Origin: an uncultured Aminicenantes bacterium
Lineage (GTDB): Bacteria > Acidobacteriota > Aminicenantia > UBA2199
Assembly (NCBI GenBank): GCA_965195285.1
Contig: CBDAFS010000062.1
Span: 1-64,000 of the forward strand
Direction: 5' to 3'
DNA: 64,000 nt
Part shown: positions 58,891-64,000 of the stretch, one piece after another
Position numbering within the stretch: position 1 is the stretch's first letter
How the letters are laid out: each line of letters begins with the position of its first letter
Notes under the pieces: generated by a model
What the model was told of the DNA's origin: nothing
Seen by the model: the letters and a program-made list of their open reading frames with translations, nothing else
The model's database searches: none
Position numbers and translations under genes: made by a program

Positions 58891-60632
58891 TTTATGCGTT
58901 TATCAATCCTTTTTAATATGGAAATCATTAACCTCACATCTTTTTCAATATTCTTTTGGGATTGCTTTTGAGGTGAAAAACGTGCGGATTCCGATTGTGC
59001 TTTGATACGATTGAAGGCCTCAATATCATAGTCGGTAATCTTATGTTTTTTAAAGAATGACTCTATATTGTATTGGTTTAGTTCTGAATAACTCAGGCCT
59101 GATTTCTTCTGGAGATACTTTTCAATGACAACATGAATCTCTCCATAATCGTTTACATTCTTCAATTTCTTTGCTGTGGTATTCAACAACAATTTTTTAT
59201 TCAGGGTACGGTTTTGAAGTAAGATTCTATCCAGAACTGATTTTTTAAGGATAACCAACAGATTCAACCCGAATGGCAGGATGAAAAGAAAGGCAAAAAT
59301 GCCCTGCTGATAAAACAGCCGATTTTCATTACTGATCTTGCCTTTGGCTATAAAATCGATATCTTCCCCTTTCTTCATTATTTCCGTACTGGGAATGGTC
59401 ATGGACGTTTCGATTTTTTCTTTGGTCCCGGTGACAGTGATCTTAATGGGGCGGCTGTTCAAGGCCATCACCTTTTTTAATGAGGGGTTGTAAGATTTGA
59501 ACACCAGTTCGGGCAAAGTCATCAGGCCAGTGGATTTAAAGGCAACCGGGATTTCAGCGGTCAGGGTCCCGGAAAACCTGGAGCCGGAATAATCGTAATT
59601 TCGAGAAATTTTGGCCGGATAGGTTTTGTAGAATTCACTGCTTTTGAATTCAGGGATAATCAGGGTTTTAAGGTTTCCCTGACCCTGGATCCTCATTTTC
59701 AAGGTCAAAATATCATTGATATCCAGGTTGCTTTTGGTTGATCCAATATTAAAACTGAACTCTCCAACCGGCAAATTCCGGACACCAGGAGGAAGTTCGG
59801 AAACATTAATGATAAGCGCGGGAGATTTTTTTATCAATTTTCTGGGGGATGAGAAGAATGAAAAAGTCTGATCCACCAGGCTCAACTCAAATGTGAGGGA
59901 GGGGATGGATAAGGATCCGGAACGGGTGGGAAAAAGCGCCACCTTGCGAATCTCATACAATTGATAGGTTTTTCCATCCTTCTCCACTGTTTTTCCATCA
60001 ATAGATCGGGGCACCGGAAACCATTCCTGCCAGAATCCCGGAAAGGATTGGTTGGAAACCAGATTGATGGATTCGATTCTATTTCGGGTGTACAGCAATA
60101 CTTTAAATAAAACCTGCTGGCCTTTCAGGATATTGCGTTCCGATATCCAGGCATCCAGTTTGACATCAACTTTCTCTTTGGTTTTGCGATCAAAAGGAGA
60201 TGAGAAAAAGTCCTCGTCAAATACCGATCGTCTTCTTTTGGGGGGCGGAGTCGAGCCTTTGCTGCTTTTCACCACCTCAATCCCAAAAGGCTGGGTAGAA
60301 TACTGCTGGCCCTGATGGTTATAGGATATCGGTGGAATGATTAAGGTTCCGGTTTTCAGGGGAATTAAATAAAATTCAAAATTGGTGAAGTAGGAGGAAA
60401 CGCCGTTGACAAAACGGAATTCAGTACTCCGGGAACTCTGGGCGATTCGAAAATTCTTTATGATGGAAATATCCGGTCGAGGAGGATCCTGAATACCCTT
60501 GTAGGTAACGGTATAAATCAACACATCATCAATCCCGATTTTATCGGCATTCACACTGGCCTTGAATTCAAAATCTCCGGCCAGCAGCACCTGAAAAAAG
60601 CACAGCAGGATAAAAACCAATTTACCTTTCAT
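58887..60632 (-). CDS. batD: BatD family protein
   Basis: Signal peptide, Ig-like repeats, VGEF, GQGNL, ARFSP; operon context. Confidence 0.8.
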   Translation of the reverse strand: MKGKLVFILLCFFQVLLAGDFEFKASVNADKIGIDDVLIYTVTYKGIQDPPRPDISIIKNFRIAQSSRSTEFRFVNGVSSYFTNFEFYLIPLKTGTLIIPPISYNHQGQQYSTQPFGIEVVKSSKGSTPPPKRRRSVFDEDFFSSPFDRKTKEKVDVKLDAWISERNILKGQQVLFKVLLYTRNRIESINLVSNQSFPGFWQEWFPVPRSIDGKTVEKDGKTYQLYEIRKVALFPTRSGSLSIPSLTFELSLVDQTFSFFSSPRKLIKKSPALIINVSELPPGVRNLPVGEFSFNIGSTKSNLDINDILTLKMRIQGQGNLKTLIIPEFKSSEFYKTYPAKISRNYDYSGSRFSGTLTAEIPVAFKSTGLMTLPELVFKSYNPSLKKVMALNSRPIKITVTGTKEKIETSMTIPSTEIMKKGEDIDFIAKGKISNENRLFYQQGIFAFLFILPFGLNLLVILKKSVLDRILLQNRTLNKKLLLNTTAKKLKNVNDYGEIHVVIEKYLQKKSGLSYSELNQYNIESFFKKHKITDYDIEAFNRIKAQSESARFSPQKQSQKNIEKDVRLMISILKRIDKRIK

Positions 60633-60634
60633 CT

Positions 60635-61246
60635 CTACCAGTCTTTTTCCTTTTTGACTACTGTCAGTTTTCGCTGTTTTTTCTTCATCTGCTTCTTCTC
60701 ATTTTGATTCAGGTACTGCATCAGGTTTTGATGCTGATTCTTTTTTTTATTCTTTTCCTGCTGATCTTCTTTTTCTTTTTCCGGGTTTCTTTTCTGATCC
60801 TGGCTTTGTTTGTTTTTCTGCTCTTCAAGCTTCTTCAGAGCCAGTTCATAATTCTTTTTGGCATTGATATCATCGGGATTCAGAATCAAACTGTTTTTAT
60901 AGCTTTCCAGTGCCTTTTCATACTGATTCAATCTGAAAAATGCATTTCCCAGATTGTATAAAAATTCAGGCTTCGAAATACCGGACCGCTCGGGATCGAT
61001 TTTTGAAAATTCCTCCAAAGCGGTTTTGTATTTTTTTAACTGATATAGAGTGGAAGCAGTATTATTCTTCAGCTGGGCAAGCTCCGGTTTTACTCCCTTG
61101 GCGGACAGAAATGCCTGTAAGGCCTGTTCATATTTTTTTTCCCCGTAGGCCCTCATGCCCTGCTGATTCTTTTTAGCAGCCGGTTCGAACCAGTGCCAGA
61201 ATAACAAAAAAGGTATTAGCAGCAGTAGGATTATCTTTTTTTCCAT
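60635..61246 (-). CDS. batC: BatC-like TPR protein
   Basis: YNLGNA, AKKNYELA, Q/K-rich tail, terminal KDW. Confidence 0.82.
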   Translation of the reverse strand: MEKKIILLLLIPFLLFWHWFEPAAKKNQQGMRAYGEKKYEQALQAFLSAKGVKPELAQLKNNTASTLYQLKKYKTALEEFSKIDPERSGISKPEFLYNLGNAFFRLNQYEKALESYKNSLILNPDDINAKKNYELALKKLEEQKNKQSQDQKRNPEKEKEDQQEKNKKKNQHQNLMQYLNQNEKKQMKKKQRKLTVVKKEKDW

Positions 61247-62241
61247 AATAGCTTTTTCTCGGTTAAAAACATTTCAAAAATAAGGCATATTATACCAATT
61301 ATCAAGGGGTAGTAAAACCGCTTTTGCTTTTTTAATTTCATTCTTTTTGATAAAGCGGTTCGTTTGAATGATTTCAGGTTTTTCACAAATATATCAATGG
61401 CGGCCACATCGGTCAGGCGAAAATATTGCCCCCCGGTATCCGAAGCAATTCGGATCAGGGTCTTCTCATCGAGCCGGGTTCTGACCAGATTTCCATTTTT
61501 ATCTTTTTTCCAACCGGTAATGTCTCCCTGATCATTTTTAATCGGAATCGGAGCGCCGGCCTGGACCCCGACCCCCACTGTAAAAACAATTATATTTTGC
61601 TTTCTTAACTCCTGGACGTATTCCTGCCACCTTTTTTCCTGATCTTCACCATCGGTGATCAGGATGACGATTTTTTTGCTTTCGGCAGAGGATTTAAACG
61701 ATTGCAGCGCCAGTTTTAATCCCTGACTGAAATCGGTCCCCTGTTCTTCATCGGGACTGATTCCTGAGGCCTCGGTCATCAGCTTAAACGCTTCATAATC
61801 AATGGTGAGCGGACACTGGATATAGGCGGTTCCGGCAAAGTTGATCAAACCGATATAATCCGTATAGAAATGATCGACGATGGCATTCACCAGCTGCTTG
61901 GAGACTTCAAGCCGGTTGGGTTTCAAATCCTCCGCATTCATTGAATTTGAAGTATCCAGGAGAAAAATCATTTCAATACCCTTGATATCGACCTGTTCGA
62001 ACACTTCTCCCCATTCAGGGCCGGCCAATGCCAGACCAAAAAAAATAATGGCTAGAACGGTCAGTGACGCCTTGAAAAATCCAATTTCCCTTCCACTTCT
62101 GAAGCCCAATTTTTTAAAAGCGGTTTCCGATACAAAGGCATTTAAAAGTTTTTTCTTTTTTATGAAATTATGAATAATCAGCAGCACATAGGGAATTAAA
62201 ATCAAAAGTAAAAAAAAGGCTGTGGGATTTGAAAAACTCAT
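61231..62241 (-). CDS. batB: BatB-like vWA domain protein
   Basis: DTSNSM MIDAS, PNRL, CPLTID, TDGED; start moved to MSFSNP. Confidence 0.85.
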   Translation of the reverse strand: MSFSNPTAFFLLLILIPYVLLIIHNFIKKKKLLNAFVSETAFKKLGFRSGREIGFFKASLTVLAIIFFGLALAGPEWGEVFEQVDIKGIEMIFLLDTSNSMNAEDLKPNRLEVSKQLVNAIVDHFYTDYIGLINFAGTAYIQCPLTIDYEAFKLMTEASGISPDEEQGTDFSQGLKLALQSFKSSAESKKIVILITDGEDQEKRWQEYVQELRKQNIIVFTVGVGVQAGAPIPIKNDQGDITGWKKDKNGNLVRTRLDEKTLIRIASDTGGQYFRLTDVAAIDIFVKNLKSFKRTALSKRMKLKKQKRFYYPLIIGIICLIFEMFLTEKKLLWKKR

Positions 62242-62413
62242 TTCATGCGACTCCGGATTTTCATTATAGCAAATTTTTCCTACTTTGCCCAACTGACCTG
62301 AATCTCTCTCTTTATCTGTTTTAGATGCTTCTATTTGAATCATGGTTTCAGGCAATGGCTAGATTCAGGCGATTTCAATTGACTTTTTTTTTGAATCTTC
62401 TTACAATAAATTA

Positions 62414-62626
62414 ATGTCCAAAGACAAAGTGACTTTAAAAATCCCCCGACCACTTTATGATCGGTTATCATCAATTATCAGCGAAAGCGGGTTCAGCAGT
62501 GTCAATGAATTTGTCGTCTATGTGTTAAGAGACCTGGTTTCGCTTGGATTCGATGACAAAAATGAATTAACCAAGGAGGAGACCGAAGCCATCAAAAAAA
62601 GGTTGAAGAACCTGGGCTATTTTTAA
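62414..62626 (+). CDS. CopG/ribbon-helix-helix transcriptional regulator
   Basis: VTLKIPRPLY...GFSSVNEFV...RLKNLGY. Confidence 0.8.
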   Translation: MSKDKVTLKIPRPLYDRLSSIISESGFSSVNEFVVYVLRDLVSLGFDDKNELTKEETEAIKKRLKNLGYF

Positions 62627-62737
62627 TTCCCGGATATTTTAGTATCCCATATTTGACATGAAACCAAAAACCAATCGAAAATTCCGTTTTGAAAAGATAT
62701 TGAAGCTTACCATCCGTTTAATCGACTTATTCTGATT

Positions 62738-64000
62738 ATGCCCTCTTTTCAATTCTGGTATACATTGACACTGCTGGTCACACTCTCTATTATATTAATA
62801 TCCGAATGGATCGAGACTGATATTGCCATATTTACGGCGTTATTGTTGCTGGTACTGGGAGGAGTAATTGATATACAAGAGGCCGTCAGTGGATTTTCCA
62901 ATCAGGGAATGCTGACCGTGGGATTTCTTTTTGTGGTGGCTGCTTCACTTCAGAGAACCGGGATACTCAATACAATCGGGGAAAAACTGCTGGGAGATCC
63001 GGGGTCCACATCCAAAATATTATTTCGTTTCCTCCCGCCGGTTTCCGCAATTTCGGCTTTTTTCAACAATACCCCCATTGTTCTCATGTTAATTCCGGTG
63101 ATCAACCTGTGGGCCAAAAAAACAAACCGATCGGTTTCAAAATTTCTTATCCCCTTGTCTTATGCCGCCATTCTGGGAGGTCTCTGTACCTTGATCGGAA
63201 CCAGTACCACCCTGGTCGTCCACGGGTTAATGCTGGAACAGGGCATGAAAGGCATCTCTTTTTTTGAAATGTCAAAAGTAGGAGTACCCATCGCCATCAT
63301 CGGCCTAATCGTAATCTCCACTATCGTCCACAGGTTTTTACCGGACCGTAAAGACCCCATCACCCGACTCGGTGGTCAGACCCGGGAATTTGTGGTGGTC
63401 ATGATAACAGGAGAAGATTACCCGAATATCGGCAAATCAATCAAGGCGGCGGGATTACGCCATCTGAAAGGACTTTTCCTGTTCCAAATAGAAAGAAACA
63501 ACCAGATCATTAACCCGGTAATCCCCGAAGAGATCCTGCAGTCAGGTGACCGCTTATTTTTTACCGGCCTTCCGGAAACCATCATGGAGCTTCAGAAACT
63601 GCCCGGTTTATATCTTTTAAAAAAAGCGACTCTTGACCTGAAACATTTTGATTCGGACCAAATGGGAGTGTATGAAGCGGTGATTTCACCCAATTCACCA
63701 CTTATCGGGGAAAACATAAGAAAAAGTAATTTCAGAAGCAAATACAATGCGGTCATTATAGCCATCCATCGCAGCGGGGAAAGGATCAATAAAAAAATCG
63801 GAGATATCGTCATTCACCCCGGCGATACCCTGCTAATCCTGGCCAAACATGGATTTGTCGAGCAATGGTATCATTCGGGGGATTTTTATCTGGTTTCAAA
63901 ATCAACGGATGTTTCATCAAAACCACCCAAATACATGATCATTTCCAGCAGCGTTTTGATTGGAATGATCGTAGCCATAGCCCTTAATCTGGTACCGGTT
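62738..64000 (+). CDS. SLC13/CitT-type permease with TrkA-C domains, truncated by window end
   Basis: Not in ORF track; MPSFQFWYT...SGFSN...SAFFNNTPIV...LIPLSYAAILGGLCTLIGTST...LRHLKGLFL. Confidence 0.88.
   Translation, partial: MPSFQFWYTLTLLVTLSIILISEWIETDIAIFTALLLLVLGGVIDIQEAVSGFSNQGMLTVGFLFVVAASLQRTGILNTIGEKLLGDPGSTSKILFRFLPPVSAISAFFNNTPIVLMLIPVINLWAKKTNRSVSKFLIPLSYAAILGGLCTLIGTSTTLVVHGLMLEQGMKGISFFEMSKVGVPIAIIGLIVISTIVHRFLPDRKDPITRLGGQTREFVVVMITGEDYPNIGKSIKAAGLRHLKGLFLFQIERNNQIINPVIPEEILQSGDRLFFTGLPETIMELQKLPGLYLLKKATLDLKHFDSDQMGVYEAVISPNSPLIGENIRKSNFRSKYNAVIIAIHRSGERINKKIGDIVIHPGDTLLILAKHGFVEQWYHSGDFYLVSKSTDVSSKPPKYMIISSSVLIGMIVAIALNLVPV

Overview
Bacterial chromosomal window. The backbone is of moderate GC, and the gene content suggests an Acidobacteriota/Aminicenantes-like lineage (inference only). 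Backbone genes: an EF-G2-type fusA (truncated by the left edge), a membrane spermidine-synthase-like protein, a lytic transglycosylase, a PD-(D/E)XK nuclease with two Zn ribbons, OmpA/MotB, an S46 peptidase, a GTPase-less SelB-like protein, gcvT-H-PA-PB-glyQ-glyS-radA, hup, a serS-led type IV pilus/T2SS cluster, nfeD-stomatin-SPOR, trpS, patatin, mfd, folP, batBCDE, CopG and an SLC13 permease (truncated by the right edge). The accessory zone is about 9.4-26.3 kb. It begins with a phased GTCA/TGAC repeat element and heptamer arrays just upstream of tRNA-His. An integrase-less island follows, bounded by a tRNA-His 3' duplication (9956-18407). It carries a Ser/Thr kinase, a membrane protein, an HNH-like protein, two tRNA-Thr(CGT) relics and a tricorn protease split at a G9 tract. 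A second AT-rich tract carries an AbiJ-like gene and a duplicated, synonymously conserved, unannotated 22-25 aa ORF coupled to a secreted-protein family. Several backbone genes look leaderless. All product calls come from motif recognition by eye; no database searches were run.
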